The notes: a model not told the origin generated them from the sequence alone. A stretch of DNA of 64,000 bases from Perkinsus chesapeaki ATCC PRA-425 (GCA_013115145.1 JAAPAO010000066.1:31354-95353), one strand, 5' to 3'. Positions 24,340-37,380 are shown, counted from the first letter of the stretch. Translations and numbers: made by a program.

Positions 24340-27300
24340 ATGTCCTCCGACAGCGTGTCTGAAGATGGCATGGAGCCCGTCCTGGATGAGACTGCTCGTA
24401 ACGTCGACGTTGTCATAATCGGCACCGGTCTCACCGAATGCATTCTTGGAGCGTCTCTCGCGGGGAAGGGGAAAAAGGTGAGCGAATTGGTGGGTTATTA
24501 CAATTCATGTTTCTGAGATTTCTGAATGCACTTTGATACCGTCCGAGAGCATTACAGGATCGTCGGTTATACCAGGCCAACTAAACGGCCTGCCCTAGCA
24601 CCGTTGAGCTCAAACCTCTCTCACACTTTGACTTGTAGTTGATGGAATTTCGTGAGACATATAAAATGTTTTTTCCACCACTGATGTGAAGTTCAGATTG
24701 TGGGCAGACCGTGGGGGTTATCAATTTCCTGGTCACACTTCTTTTACAGGATCGATTCTCGTGGCGCAACCAACGCCTTAGGTTCTCCATCTGGACTCCA
24801 ATAACTACTATGGCGGATCGTCAGCGTCTTTGTCATTGAAGGACCTAAAGCAGTGGGCGATGGAGAAGCAGTTGGATGGCGATTTCGTGGCGCGTGACGA
24901 TAGCAGTGAACCGAGTAAGTTGTCATCAAACCATTCTGAATGTGCATGAATAGTCGCTCAATGGTAATTTTTTCGCATGCCTTGCTCATCGATATATCGA
25001 CCGTCATAAGAAACGCGAGGCGAAAAATCTACACTTTATTCTCAGGCGTAAGTCGGTGACTTAAGGACTTTGGCCTAAATCCTGGGCTTTCGTCCACAAA
25101 CTATGGCTGCTTCAACCCGCTAACTCTGAAGTTTCCCAGAGAGGCCAATATGTTTGCTAACCGCCATTAACGAATTCTTGAATTGCAGATATCACTGATA
25201 ACTTGTCACTCATTTAAGCTGAAATAATGAATTTCCAAAATTCTTCATTTTCTACCAGCCATTTTGTAATCAGAAATGTCCCTATACGGAATGAATCTAG
25301 ACGAATTGGATTCGTTAGGATCGGAATGAATCGACGAGCAATCACAGAAATAAACCCAAAGAGGATTGCAGCCACGTTGCACGAGGCAACGATTGAAGTT
25401 AATGCTGCAAGGCAACTTTGTTCCTTGGATGAAGACCAACAACTTGCTCGAAAGTTTCGAGTCGAAACGGCACTGTTTGCCAGTCTGGCGCCAGATATTC
25501 TATCGCTCTCATGAAGGTAGCCCAAGATTTGATGGGACAAGATTGTCGCCTATGTGTCTCAATCGTATGCTCGTCCAAGCGCTCTCAGAGGCTCTCAGAC
25601 GTGTGGAACCAACGGGAAGAGTGATTGGTGGTCTGTGCCGAGTCACGAACGTCCAGCACGTCAGGCTGACACAGTTCAGACTCGCGAATCGTTCCCTCAT
25701 TATTATTATCATCATTCCTCACTCCCCTGGGGAATTAATGTCTGATGTCGTTCGTCCGTGTTTGCTCGCGCAGAGGTCGCAGAAAGCGGTCCGCGAAAAC
25801 TTGGCTATAGCTTATGGCGGTAAAGCAGGCATCACTATCACATACAGGTTGAAATTGATGGTATCGATTTGATAGTGAGCCACAAGTCTCAAATTGAGAC
25901 TCTCAATGGGCACTTAGCAATTGAAAACATGACACAAATGTGTACTGGTGATTATTGATTTCATTGAACTCATTCCAATGATTGTTGGATTCTCCTTGCC
26001 AAATGCGGCCTGCAATCCAGGCTTCAGGCCCTGGATACGAAGCTATGTGCATTTTATCCAAAAATTCATAGGTTTGGTGATGTGGCTTTTATTCGCGAAA
26101 GATACTTTCAGACTTCTTCTATCAATGTGGCATATGTCATACCATGAGTATCGCCGCTATCAGTTACGAATCTGGTCCGATGTCACCAATGGTACATGGT
26201 GGATCGCTCCCTGGAGGTGACGGATGAAGAGGCTCTCAGGGGTGATCTTGAAAGATACTCCAGCAGGTTCACTATAGACCTCAATCCAAGGATGCTGTAA
26301 GGCAGAGCCTGCCCAGCAGTTGGCAGCGTGAAACAATGGACGGATGAGCGTTGCCGATTGCCTGTCTTGTCAGATACTGTAAAAGCAAAATGGTTGATGT
26401 TCTACTTGAGAGCGGCTGTGCGACTTACTTGGAGTTCCAAAAACTCAAAGATACTTTGATGATTTGGACGGAGCCGACAGACGATGCGAGCTTGCGCGTC
26501 TCGGATACGCTGACGGTTCCGGTAACTCGCCAGCAAATATTCAAACATAAGGGATTGTCGTTGCTCGAAAAACGCCAGTTGATGAGGTTCCTCACCTCCT
26601 CTGCAAATTTGCCGCCAACATTAGCATTCCAGAGCGCTGCAGCAGTTGGCACCGACACTTATAATAGCGTTGAGGAAAAGCAAGATAGCAAGATTGTTAA
26701 CGAGGCATCGGAGCTGGACCTTTCCAGCTTGCCAAAGAGGCTTTTGGATGGTTTCAAGTATGCAGTGTGTCTAGATGTAAACGAGGACGACTGGCAGAAG
26801 AATAAGAGCCGAGAACTTCATCAAAGATTAATACAGTTTGTGGAATCATTGCGGGTTTATGACAGCGACGGGTAAGCCTGTGGATTAAATGTCTCACAAT
26901 ATCGATTCAGGTGCGCTCTACTGATCCCCTCGTATGGGACTGGGGATATTGTTCAAGCCTTTGCTCGGCGGTGCGCGGTAGAGTCCGGGATCCACGTCCT
27001 GAGATGCTCTCCGAAGTGTGTCCATTCAACATCTGGTGGTGTGATTGAGGTCACTACTGAAGGTGGTCAAACCATCACATGTCATCGCGCTGCTATATCT
27101 GCCGACTACTTGCCGCCCTCGATCCCTGCAAGCCGTACCATTTCGTGGCGTGCAGTTTACTGTACAGACAAGCCTTTACTTCCCAGTGATGTCCAGGAGC
27201 TTCCCTATAGATTTGGTGTGATGTCCCTTCCCTCTACTGATGCTCCTTCGATCGTCTCTGTCCTCCAAACTGTCGTTTCCTTAACGAATGCTGGCAAATG

Positions 27301-27604
27301 GTGGGTTACATGTTTCTCAGAAGAAGGAATTGATTCCTCCATTATTAACGTTACAAAGGCCGCCAATGCCCTATTAGCCGATGCCAATGCAACGGTGCTT
27401 TTTAAGCTTAGTTATCGGTGTACCGGTACAGATAAAGAGGATGATGTAGAGGAGCTTTCCCCTGGTGTCTTTAGAGTGCCACATGTGTCCGACTTTGACA
27501 TTTTGGCTTCTGATGGTTACACGGAGGAAATTGCAGCGAAAAGGGTGTTAAATAGTGTGATGGGAGAAGATGATGTCAAGTTGTTTGATAAGGGGGACGA
27601 GTGA
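24340..27604 (+). CDS. REP: Rab escort protein / Rab GDI family
   Basis: DVVIIGTGLTECILGASLA, LHLDSNNYYGG, RFTIDLNP, YLEFQ, VPVTRQQIF..LSLLEKRQLMRFL, PSYGTGDIVQAFAR across short introns. Confidence 0.88.
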
Positions 27605-27752
27605 GTGTATTATTGAATGTTTCTCTTTTTTCGGGTTTGGTTAACTTGAGTACTGGTAAACTAAACAAGACATCTCCGAACTTTTGCAATGCTTTAAGAC
27701 AATTGATAAACGTGTCAATTATAGACGAATGAGATAATGAAAAGGTGAAATG

Positions 27753-28496
27753 CTATTGTTGGACGCATTGTTCGTCGCTGCTGTTATCTTCCGTAATATC
27801 TCCGACACGCCCTCCCAAAGGGAATCGCCTTCGCAGGTCGTCTTCGTTCACCAAGCCTCCCCCTGGCCACGACGGCTCTACCGTAGATAAATTTATCTTC
27901 TTGTCGTCCGCTTCTAAAAGCAACAGCTGAAGGGCTCTCTTGGCGGCATCTTTAAACTCTTCAAGCGTCGATCTTCGTGGTGTAGCATCATCATCGCCCG
28001 AGGCGGTTGTAGTCGGCGTTTGACCAGTTAAGGGTGTACTTGGTTGAACTGTGAGCTCGTCCTCAAGGCAGATAATTCGCGGAGTTCCTTCCACTGGTGA
28101 GGAGAACAGCAGTCCCAACGGGCAAAAGCTAGGCTGGGAACTACTGAAGGGCACGTAGCATTCTATAGAGACGTCGGGGCCTCCAAGAGCGTCCATGAAA
28201 CGGCGGGCTAAAAGATCACCAGATTTAGCTAAAACAAAGGTAGCCGCTGCAACCACTGCTGAATGTCTCGTTGCAAAAATGCAAACACCAGCTCGGCCGT
28301 GTACAGTAGCGAAGAGCCTGTGCTCCGACACGGGGCCGAACGCCTTTGCCATAATGTAACAGAATCGGGAGCTTGTTAAGGACTCTCTGATGCCCTCAAC
28401 ATAGACACACCGATCGAAGGGATTGTCGACGCTTGTCGATATGTTATCGGGGAGAAGCTCGGCGAGGGACAGAATTTTACTGGTCATCATCTGCAT
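27753..28496 (-). CDS. Intronless divergent RRM protein (one RRM)
   Basis: RCVYVEGI...FGPV...GVCIFATRHSA; paralogous to the neighbouring ORFs. Confidence 0.65.
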   Translation of the reverse strand: MQMMTSKILSLAELLPDNISTSVDNPFDRCVYVEGIRESLTSSRFCYIMAKAFGPVSEHRLFATVHGRAGVCIFATRHSAVVAAATFVLAKSGDLLARRFMDALGGPDVSIECYVPFSSSQPSFCPLGLLFSSPVEGTPRIICLEDELTVQPSTPLTGQTPTTTASGDDDATPRRSTLEEFKDAAKRALQLLLLEADDKKINLSTVEPSWPGGGLVNEDDLRRRFPLGGRVGDITEDNSSDEQCVQQ

Positions 28497-28691
28497 AGAA
28501 CATCACAGAAAGACTGAAAGACGAAGCAGCGAGATGTCGTGAACGCAAGTCGGAGGATAATTAGTGCAGTTGCGGGTTTTAATTCTAGTGAACTGCTGCC
28601 GCTGCTCCATGCATAAATGACAATAGAGACACCATATGGTGGAAAAAGATTGGAATGATACTGCCATGCACAATACGCTTAACAACAACAA

Positions 28692-29939
28692 CTATTGCTG
28701 TGTGCAGTCAGGAACCGAAGCTTCGATCTCTTCAACCGTCCTTCGGGGATGGTTGCGTCTGTTGTGCTTCAAGTGAGCAGCATCGTTGTTATGATGACTA
28801 GGCTCCATTTTAGGGCTCGGCAGATGACTAGTTCGCGCACTCGAATCTGCAGTTGAACCGCCGAGTGATGGCATGTGGCTGCTGAATCGTACACTCGAGC
28901 GGGCAGCTAAACCTCCTACTGAGGGCAACTGTCCTACTTGTGTTGCGTTGTAGGCTTCCAACGGAGGCAAATTGAGGGCTTTTTGCAAGCACAAGAAAGG
29001 TGGCTCTTCAGCACCCGCTGGCAGTAAAAAGGGAATACCATTTACCACACCATTGGATAGAGCCATCTCTAACGATATAACCGACGGCTGCTTCCCTTCG
29101 CCGACACTTGGACGATTTCTTCCTTTTTTCCCGCTACTAGAATCAGCCTTTCTCGATCCAGCAGAGGGCTTCTTCGGGGTCGGCAGAAGCCCTCTGGGTT
29201 TTTGCTTGGGTTTATCGGCCTCGCCCTTCTCGGAAGCTAAACTTGCCATATAATAGGACATCAGTTGTATGCCCATCGAGGAATGATAACGCTCGATTCT
29301 GGGATCGTCACCAAATGCCTTCATTTTCACCAAGGCCATCTCAACACCCAATCCAGCTGCTCGACTGGTGCACAATGCCAAGGCGACTGTGTTCTGGCTA
29401 GCGAACGTGCAAAAGCCCGAAAGCAGGCCATCTGGACCTTCCCCTTGGGGACGGCCAACAACACATCCGACAACAGGACCGAAGGACTTCTCCATGAGCG
29501 CCTTCAAGCGATCGTTGTTGAAGACGCTCCTCAAGCCAGATACGAAGACAGTTCGCTCGGAGATGTCGTCATCCTCGGCAGAGCCATCCACCTCTACCAA
29601 GCTCGCGTGAGTTAGACAGTTCGCTCGAGGCCATCGGAAACATTCGAACGCTTTCACCATGCGCTTGGCGGCTTCGCGATTGTTGCACAGGACAACGGCA
29701 TCGAAACCACCTTCGGGCTTCCTGAGCTTCTCAAATGAGGAGTAGTCGCCGTTCGGACCAGAGATGAAATCTCGACTGGCGAGAGCCTCGGTGATGCCAT
29801 CGTGGTTGACGGTTGCCGGTACGCCGTGCAAGCGAACCTTAACAGGCTCCTCCTCGGGGGCGGGGGCACCTTGGGGATGCTTCATTATTAGTAAAAAATG
29901 AACGACAATAGGAATTGAGGAGCTACTATAACACTGCAC
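28692..29939 (-). CDS. Intronless divergent RRM protein (two RRMs, Lys-rich tail)
   Basis: VRLHGVP...F.CFRW and RTVFVSGL...FGPV...GFCTF; 415-aa open ORF. Confidence 0.75.
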   Translation of the reverse strand: MQCYSSSSIPIVVHFLLIMKHPQGAPAPEEEPVKVRLHGVPATVNHDGITEALASRDFISGPNGDYSSFEKLRKPEGGFDAVVLCNNREAAKRMVKAFECFRWPRANCLTHASLVEVDGSAEDDDISERTVFVSGLRSVFNNDRLKALMEKSFGPVVGCVVGRPQGEGPDGLLSGFCTFASQNTVALALCTSRAAGLGVEMALVKMKAFGDDPRIERYHSSMGIQLMSYYMASLASEKGEADKPKQKPRGLLPTPKKPSAGSRKADSSSGKKGRNRPSVGEGKQPSVISLEMALSNGVVNGIPFLLPAGAEEPPFLCLQKALNLPPLEAYNATQVGQLPSVGGLAARSSVRFSSHMPSLGGSTADSSARTSHLPSPKMEPSHHNNDAAHLKHNRRNHPRRTVEEIEASVPDCTQQ

Positions 29940-30093
29940 TGTAGCATTGAAGGAGACAGCGGAGCAGCTATCTGGCTTTCACATCACACTAATAACATGT
30001 ATACGGCATGGGTATAATATGGCACCACCCTACTACTCGGCCTCGGTGAAATTCTACTCCTTTGTATAATATCATACATATTTGCTGCATTTA

Positions 30094-31938
30094 TCATAGG
30101 AATGTCATCTGGACATAACCAGGCCACGCGGCCATGCACTTTGGAGCATCCTCACGCTTTCTGTACCCACCACACCACAACACTCTCATAGGCTCCTCCA
30201 CCGTACCCTTTCCGCCAGGGTCCTCCTTCCAAATGCCTGGTGGAAGTCCGGTTTTACTTTGCTCCACTGTGGCATCACTGCCCTCCACTGAGCCACGTGC
30301 AGATGAGTCGGTAGAGGGGACGGTTGTGCCGCTGCCCGCCATGTCCGCCTCCTCTGGCTCATCAAAGCGCGGACGCCTTTGGTACCAAATACCATCATCC
30401 TTCTCTTCGATCATATAAACGTTCGGCAGCTCCTCAGCATAGTGGTGAATTTGGGGCGCGTAAAAGTTCCCTATTGGTCGATAAATCTGGTCGAGGTAGC
30501 CAAGCACCGGCGTGAAGGTCCACGCGTGCATCTGACGCTTCTTACGATTACCGTCGATATACCACCGATTCACACACAGCCACGTAAGGCTCTTCACCCT
30601 AACCCTTGGGCTCAGCTGTGATAGTATCTTCCGATGGGGGCACTCGGGCACCTGGTCAGGAGGGGTTCTGCCGGCATTGAGAGCCAGCACCGCAGCAGCT
30701 CGGTGAGCGAAGTGACAAAAGCCGTAGAAGAAGACACCGCCAGCTCCGATATGAGCCCGGAGGAGGACCCGCCGGACTTCGCCGAAATGCGACATAACGT
30801 TGATGAAATCACTGCGGGTGATCTGGTTGGACACATTGGTCGTGACAATTGTTTTGTTCGTATCTCGATTCCAACAGTTATCCATTATATCGAGGAAGCT
30901 ATTGTCTTTTTTTTCGTCGATTATCTGCAGGAAGCCGTCGCCTAGCAGGGCCGGGAATGACTCAACGGTTGCCCTCAAGGCATCTGCCTTCTCCCAGGTA
31001 GCACAGTGAATGTAGGCAGTGAGCGTGGCATCCTCATTGACAATATCACACCCTCTATAGGGCGAATGCGGGCCGAATTCGATCCCATAATTCGACATAG
31101 TCTTCGCGAGCCTCTCAGGAGTGCATCTGTCTGGAACGTAATACCATATCAATGTTGCGCTCGGCTCGGGGATGGCCAGAAGAGTGTCGAGATGGCCAGC
31201 GCCTCTGGTGGCCGCCGATCGCGGACTGCTGTCATTTGAAGAGTCGTCCCAACCAGTAGAGTCGTCATAATTCCATGTACTTTCTATATTTTTAGCGAGG
31301 CCAGGAGGGTCCCTGTCGTGATGGTGACCGAGCTTGTCGATGCTCTCGTCTCTATGAGGCTCAATCCAAATCGGGCTTCCAAGCGAGCTCAGCAATTTCA
31401 CCGATGGTCGGTTGCCTTGACGCGCCATCCGACTAGCTTTCAGCGCCGCGCGCGCCGAGCCAACATTTGCGAAGGTACAAACGACCAGGCGGTTTGAGCG
31501 ACCAGTCCGCGAGCAGCTAACAACTTGCCCAAAAAAGCTCTTCAAAAAGTTCTGAAGCCTACCGAGACTGAAGCCCTGCGGCAGTCCTCTGATCACCACA
31601 GTCGAGCCGCCAGGTCGACGCCACTCGCCCGGGAGCGCGTCGATCCTCTCTGGAGACCAGCTCACTTGGCTACCATTTTTGGAATCAGGAAACCTATGGT
31701 TCCGAAAGGTCTGGATAAATTGTCTCGCCAGATCATGGTTTTCAAAACGAATTATCGCGCAGCCCTCCGCAGAGCCCCTCTCGAATGGCCAGTTGATAGA
31801 GCGTACGTTGCCACCGTAGTCGAAACCGCGGTGACGCATAAGATCAATTAAAGACGCCATGGTGACGCTCTGAGGGATACCCTCCCACTTCACTGATCTG
31901 CATTCGGTGGTGGGTAAGGGTTCACTGATGGCTTCCAT
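30094..31938 (-). CDS. Intronless divergent RRM protein (four RRMs, first one Mei2-like)
   Basis: 614-aa ORF; GCAIIRF...FIQTFRNHRFPDSK resembles Mei2 RRM3; further RRMs at STVVIRGL, ATLIWYYV and KTIVTTNV...GFCHF. Confidence 0.78.
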   Translation of the reverse strand: MEAISEPLPTTECRSVKWEGIPQSVTMASLIDLMRHRGFDYGGNVRSINWPFERGSAEGCAIIRFENHDLARQFIQTFRNHRFPDSKNGSQVSWSPERIDALPGEWRRPGGSTVVIRGLPQGFSLGRLQNFLKSFFGQVVSCSRTGRSNRLVVCTFANVGSARAALKASRMARQGNRPSVKLLSSLGSPIWIEPHRDESIDKLGHHHDRDPPGLAKNIESTWNYDDSTGWDDSSNDSSPRSAATRGAGHLDTLLAIPEPSATLIWYYVPDRCTPERLAKTMSNYGIEFGPHSPYRGCDIVNEDATLTAYIHCATWEKADALRATVESFPALLGDGFLQIIDEKKDNSFLDIMDNCWNRDTNKTIVTTNVSNQITRSDFINVMSHFGEVRRVLLRAHIGAGGVFFYGFCHFAHRAAAVLALNAGRTPPDQVPECPHRKILSQLSPRVRVKSLTWLCVNRWYIDGNRKKRQMHAWTFTPVLGYLDQIYRPIGNFYAPQIHHYAEELPNVYMIEEKDDGIWYQRRPRFDEPEEADMAGSGTTVPSTDSSARGSVEGSDATVEQSKTGLPPGIWKEDPGGKGTVEEPMRVLWCGGYRKREDAPKCMAAWPGYVQMTFL

Positions 31939-32764
31939 TGGTCAACCGATACTGTAAATCAACAGAGGTGATCAATACAGGGGATACAGCGTCGGAACAT
32001 CTAAACGCATCATCCTCAAAATAAGGGTCAAGGCAAATTCCTCATCGGCGTGCAAAGTATTCATAGAGATTCTATAATTAAGATGATATGATCCCTTCGA
32101 AGCCGATACAGATGCACTAGCAGACCGTAACTTTGTCAACAATTTTTCCCTTCGTGCCAACATATGTGGCAACTTACCACACTGAAGATAAGTGGAATTC
32201 TATCAGTCGACTCCTATTTCCGATCAGCACAGTCTCTGGCCATATGAGCCGCCACGGGGGCGTATTTAGCGTGAATTCTCCCGTCTGCCCACAACGATAA
32301 GTATGCCCCTAGACCTCCCAGAAACCGAAGACAAACTATGAAAAAATTGAGCGACCGAAAAGGGAGTAAAAAAGGTACACATGCCAAAAGTGAATCATTC
32401 AGACTCCATATCTTCTAAATAAAAATGTCAACCACAATTTCAATCGAACGGAAAGATGTCGGACTGGCATGGAGAATCTTCAGCTACCCATGTTTCGATC
32501 GTCCACTAGTTTCAAATAAAACCACCCGCCCCGTAAATCACGTTAATTCCATATCTATCTCGAAACCCGAAATGGCCCCTCTCTTAGCTAAAGCATTTAA
32601 TTGATGACTCAACTCATATTTGGAAATAGAAAAGATATCTTTATAATACTAGGAACAACATCAGCAGAAGGAGGAGGAGTTCCAGCGACGATGGCGACGA
32701 ACAGTATGTACACCAACAAGAAGAAATGGCCGCCTCGGATTTTCCTATTTTTCTATCAGTTTTT

Positions 32765-35700
32765 TCATCCAACTGCAGGTGCCGAATCTTCCACGCCGAG
32801 AAGGAGTGAACTCAGCGCGAACACTAGGAACAGAATGCCACCGGCGACCGCCACTTGTCGCTCGGATATTCGGCTGGCTAAAAGGCGACCTCCGATCACG
32901 GCTATTCCAGAACCTGATGGCACACCAGCGACTTTCACTGCGCCACGAAATTCATCACTTACATATACAGTGACCTAAGATACCCCCTAACATAACACCG
33001 TAAGGGTTCTTAGAGGAGGCCAGCGCTATGGTCGATATTTGACTCCGGTCGCCCCACTCGGCAAGGAACGACATAACAAATGACTGAAGGGAGATGCTCA
33101 GGTTGATAATATCTTATTACTGCTCATGCACGCTGATGCAGGCTTCAAGTAGCAATAATAATTATTATTAATATCGATAAATAGTAAAAAATGAAAGATG
33201 GAGTAAAACAAACAATACACTAGTCCATATGGTTTCCAGAACTCTACAGTAGAGTCTCTATTATCAACGCTGAAGGACCGAACGTAGGGACTTACTTGTA
33301 CTAAAACAGCTCTGTTCTCTTTAGAATACCAATGTAATGATGGTGACGCATTATCCTGACAAAAATACCCTAACTGAGGATCGAACCCACGCCCCCTCAA
33401 CTGCAGTAGCTTCTCCTTCCTCCATTTGAGCACCTTGCTCATCTACAGTATCTCTATCATGCTCCTCATTCTTCTTCCTAAAGATCAACTAATTACAGAA
33501 ATGCAATTGAATTCTAACAATGTCCTTGTACTTTGGAAATCCTTAAAACACACGGCAATTTAATTCACTTAATTTCAACGAAGAATTCGAATTCTCCTAT
33601 ATATTGATAGCTTAAAGCTGCATAGCTTCTCATGCGGGTTGCCTGCGACCAAAGAATATAGCACAGTGAGAGTCGTAGGTTCGAATCCCAGCCAAGACAT
33701 TTCTAAAAATGTCATATGGCCATATCGCATTGAGCACATTATTAAAGATGAATAGTCTACTCGTGCTTGAATGTATGAATATTAATTATCCTATCATAGC
33801 TCTCTGTGATACATCAAACAGATGTACAAGCTTGTAAATATAGTTCATTGACACTATTGTATTCTATTTCATTGCGCAGAAAGCTTCACGCGCCAAGATA
33901 TCAGTAGATAGGCATGAAACGGTTGATCGATTTAGTGTTATGTTTTTAAATCCCATTTTATTACTCATGCTTATCACCTTCCAGCACTCGATGTTAAGTG
34001 AGAAATCGGAAAAGTACTAATTATTCTATTTTATTGCGTCGGGCGGTAGGTGGGTGCCGCTATAATAATAAATTGACAATTTACCATCCTAAAGGTCATA
34101 ATGACATTGACAATTTCCAGATTAAACATTTCCAAAAGAATGATTTCGTGGCGCGCGACTTCGTTATCCCACTTACTTGACACTCATTTCGACTTCAGCT
34201 AATTCCCCTGATTCAGCAGAGTCATCTGCATCACAGGCGTCTTTTAGCAGACGAATACCTGATGAAACCAAAGAGAGCTTAAGTGTTAAAACATCTAGAA
34301 GACAATATCAGTGTAAAGTGAGAAGGGGTAATGAAATGGTGCCACTCGACAATTACACTGCTGCTGCTGCTCGACTATCTTAAGGTGTCTTGCAGCAGCA
34401 GCACTGCCTTGAGACTAAAGTGACAGAGAAGTCGTCACTGAAGCGTTGATGTTGCCGAAATGAAAGTCGTAATAAAATTGTAAAAACCAATTATGACCAT
34501 GATCCGTACGTTTAACCGAGCAAGCTATCGAACGAAAACAACAGCAAGAATTTCAATGCCTTAGTCGGCCCAATATACACCACCGGCAGGAGCAGCACGG
34601 AGCATCGCTTTCGAGGATTTAGGTGTACAGCAATAATTATACCGAATTTCCCACAACTCACCAAAGTATGTAAATAGGGCAATGCATGCATAGTGCGTTA
34701 CTTTCTTGCTTAATAATGCTGGTAATAACAAACCAAGCCCAGCTGATAGAACCTATGTACTGGACAATTCACCAATATTGGGACCATACAGCACCGATCG
34801 ACTAATCTGCGCCAAAGATATCCAACGTCACACTATGAATTCCTCGCCAACTCAAAAGCCCATCACACTTTCCTCCCAAAAACCAGATCGAATCCCATCG
34901 TGAGTGCATTGGAGCTAATAACCTTACCGAAAAGTGAACCACAAACTCATTTCTCGGGGCAGTCCTCTCCTACAGACGAACTGACAGATGCTCGAAAGGG
35001 TACGTAGATCAAACCACACCGACTGGGCGGCTCGATTCGTATACATCTTCCCCCCCTCACCGTCATAGTCGCCAATGCCGCAATGGCTCCAGCAAAGACA
35101 ACTGCAGCACTGTTACGCATTGACAGTATTGCTGCTATAAAGAACGTCTTATCGCCGAGCTCAGCACACAGTATCATAAGAAAGGATGATATGAAACCGC
35201 CCAGGAAGGAACCATTGGAGCTACTACCAGCGGACAGTTTCGCGAGGAGGGACGAGGTATCTGATAAACACCACCACCACCACAATCAGGTGCACATTTA
35301 CCAGTACGTTGAATATATATAAAAGTCTCTTAGTGCATATTTTTCGATATTTTAGTGTATCACTCACTGCTAAGCTGTTTATGAAGTATTGTCTGCTCAG
35401 CTGCCTATCTCAGGCAGACCTGTTAAGTATCTACCTCTATTCTCCATCCACAGTGGGCGTCCGCCAAGTGCTGGCTGCTTCGTTTCTACGATCAGCTCAC
35501 ATTTTCACCAACGCACTCGTACAAATTACTTCTTCTACGCACACTGTATATGTTCAACGCATGCTCTACCGCTTTTATGACACAGTCGACTTTTCAGAAA
35601 CCGCCTCGGGAATTCGAACTGAAATTGATAGTTCGACATTTCCTTACGGTTCTGTTTTTGATAATATTTTATATTCGAAATCTCTCTCAAGCTCACTTCT

Positions 35701-35869
35701 TGATAAACAGAGAATCCGTATAATGCGACCCTTCAAATTGATAAGCGCCGCGGCCCCCTCGAGTACCTCCGCCATGCAGCGATCGTTGATGCTCCTCAGC
35801 GACATCTTCTATCACTTCCCCATCCACAGTGTTAACCACTAGACATAATATACAGCAAAATAGGACCAT
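32765..35869 (-). CDS. GDT1: GDT1/TMEM165 (UPF0016) Ca2+/Mn2+-H+ antiporter
   Basis: Signal peptide MVLFCCILCLVV; both family motifs, AELGDKT and AEWGDRSQ; acidic loop; stop TGA at 32765-32767. Confidence 0.92.
33366..33390 (-). other. tRNA 3'-end/B-box relic filling the 46-nt GDT1 intron 33356-33401 (sense)
   Basis: GTGGG TTCGATC CTCAG TTAGGGT A TTTTT GTCAG; the T-run is also the acceptor pyrimidine tract. Confidence 0.7.
33675..33699 (+). other. tRNA 3'-end/B-box relic, antisense in a long GDT1 intron
   Basis: GAGTC GTAGG TTCGAAT CCCAG CCAAGAC A TTT. Confidence 0.7.
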
Positions 35870-36930
35870 ATAAACACAGCCACGACGGTGGGCGGTGAGA
35901 TTGGCCGTTATATAATGAAGATATGAATCATGAAACATAATACAAGCCTGCGGCCAGCAGCACCATCACACCCTCATTCGAACTAATCCTGCCGAGTACA
36001 GGACATACCGCTCTTTCATATGCAGCAGAAAAGCAGCTTTCCCCTACCACAAATGTCCATCTTAAAATGAACTAAATAACGTGTGAACCCTCTTCCACCT
36101 TCATTTGTATAGAGAGCCCTGCATGCCCCCACAGCACCATTCCACTACATTCTCAAGGGCGATCACCACCGCCGCGACGGTGCGAAGTTTTAAGACTTCC
36201 AATGAAGTTCACTCCTCCGGTTGAAAATATCAGAAGAGAACGGAACAATTAAATTTAACCTGCCCTGTTAAAAAAATTCATTATTTCTATGCCGTAACAT
36301 AAGCCCGCACTCTCCGTGTTAAAACTTGCTTTCTCTCCTCCACGATACATTTTTTCATGCGGAAATTTCCTCAGAATTTTCCCTTCCCGCCAACATATCT
36401 ATCGAATGGTCATCTGTTGAGTACAGAGTATGTAGGAGTATCGAACAGACCTATACGATCATCCATACACCCTTCCTCCCATGTTATATAACTCATTGAC
36501 AGTAACTCTATAGAGACCGCATGCTCATCATCACCACCACTATCATCAACTGCATTATGATTGTATATGATCCCTGCCAGCCCCAACTATCCCCGTTCGG
36601 CCATGCTGCTTCAATAACCTCTCACGGTTGGCTTGCTGCTTTGAATGGAAACATCTCGATTCCCTAAAGCCCGATAAACACCATAGATCGGCCACTTTGC
36701 GAACACGAACCCCAAAGATGCATCGTCCAGCTGAGATCGACTTATCTAATCCCCGAGGAAAATCTTACTTCTGGCGGAAGATGCAAAAACTTATTGAAAT
36801 TATATCTTCAAATATTCACCAAATTTTCCCTCCCTCGCCAAGATCAGGAGGGGGCCACTTTGCAAACAATACCTCTCGGCAATATAATGGCACACATAAT
36901 AGCTCGCAGACCCTCCGTCACAAAACCCGC

Positions 36931-36955
36931 ACAGGTTCGATTCCGGCATGTGCTA
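36931..36955 (+). other. tRNA 3'-end/B-box relic (host context unresolved)
   Basis: ACAGG TTCGATT CCGGC ATGTGCT A. Confidence 0.55.
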
Positions 36956-37380
36956 CTTCCTATCATTTTCCCTTAATTTGGTAATATGGTCCATTAGATT
37001 GTGAAGTGTATTATAAAGTCTCTGCCCTCGAGGACCATCTCCACCACACAGTTGCACGAATCGCTTGGCCGGCCATCGAACGACCATCGCTCCGCTTGTC
37101 CCAGATGCAAGTTTAACATTTTCAAACGCACCGTTGCAAACCGTCGACATCCATTTCGTTAACTGAAAAGAAGACAAACGCGAGGGTAGAACCTGGGTCG
37201 GTGGAAGGCAAAACGGCTACTCTAACCTCTTCACTAAGATAACCAGTAAACCCCCGACGGGACTGCCTATCAACGCGTTCTGCCTCCTTAAGACACCACA
37301 TTTCACTAGCTATACAATAAATACAATTCTAATAGTAAATTAGCACCAGCCGCATAATTACGGTATATAAGATCTAAAAA

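Noticed and set aside
24916-26215. ORFs in the 1.3-kb gap within the REP gene as a transposon
   Set aside because: No transposase motifs or terminal repeats seen; may include unrecognised REP insert exons
33040-33070. GCCGAGTGG resembling a tRNA-Leu/Ser A-box
   Set aside because: It encodes the conserved AEWGDRSQ motif of GDT1
5930-35630. Other T-loop-like strings at about 5935, 6420, 7605, 10795, 23500, 34888 and 35610
   Set aside because: Lack C61/Y62, fall in coding sequence or have wrong spacing; excluded from the family
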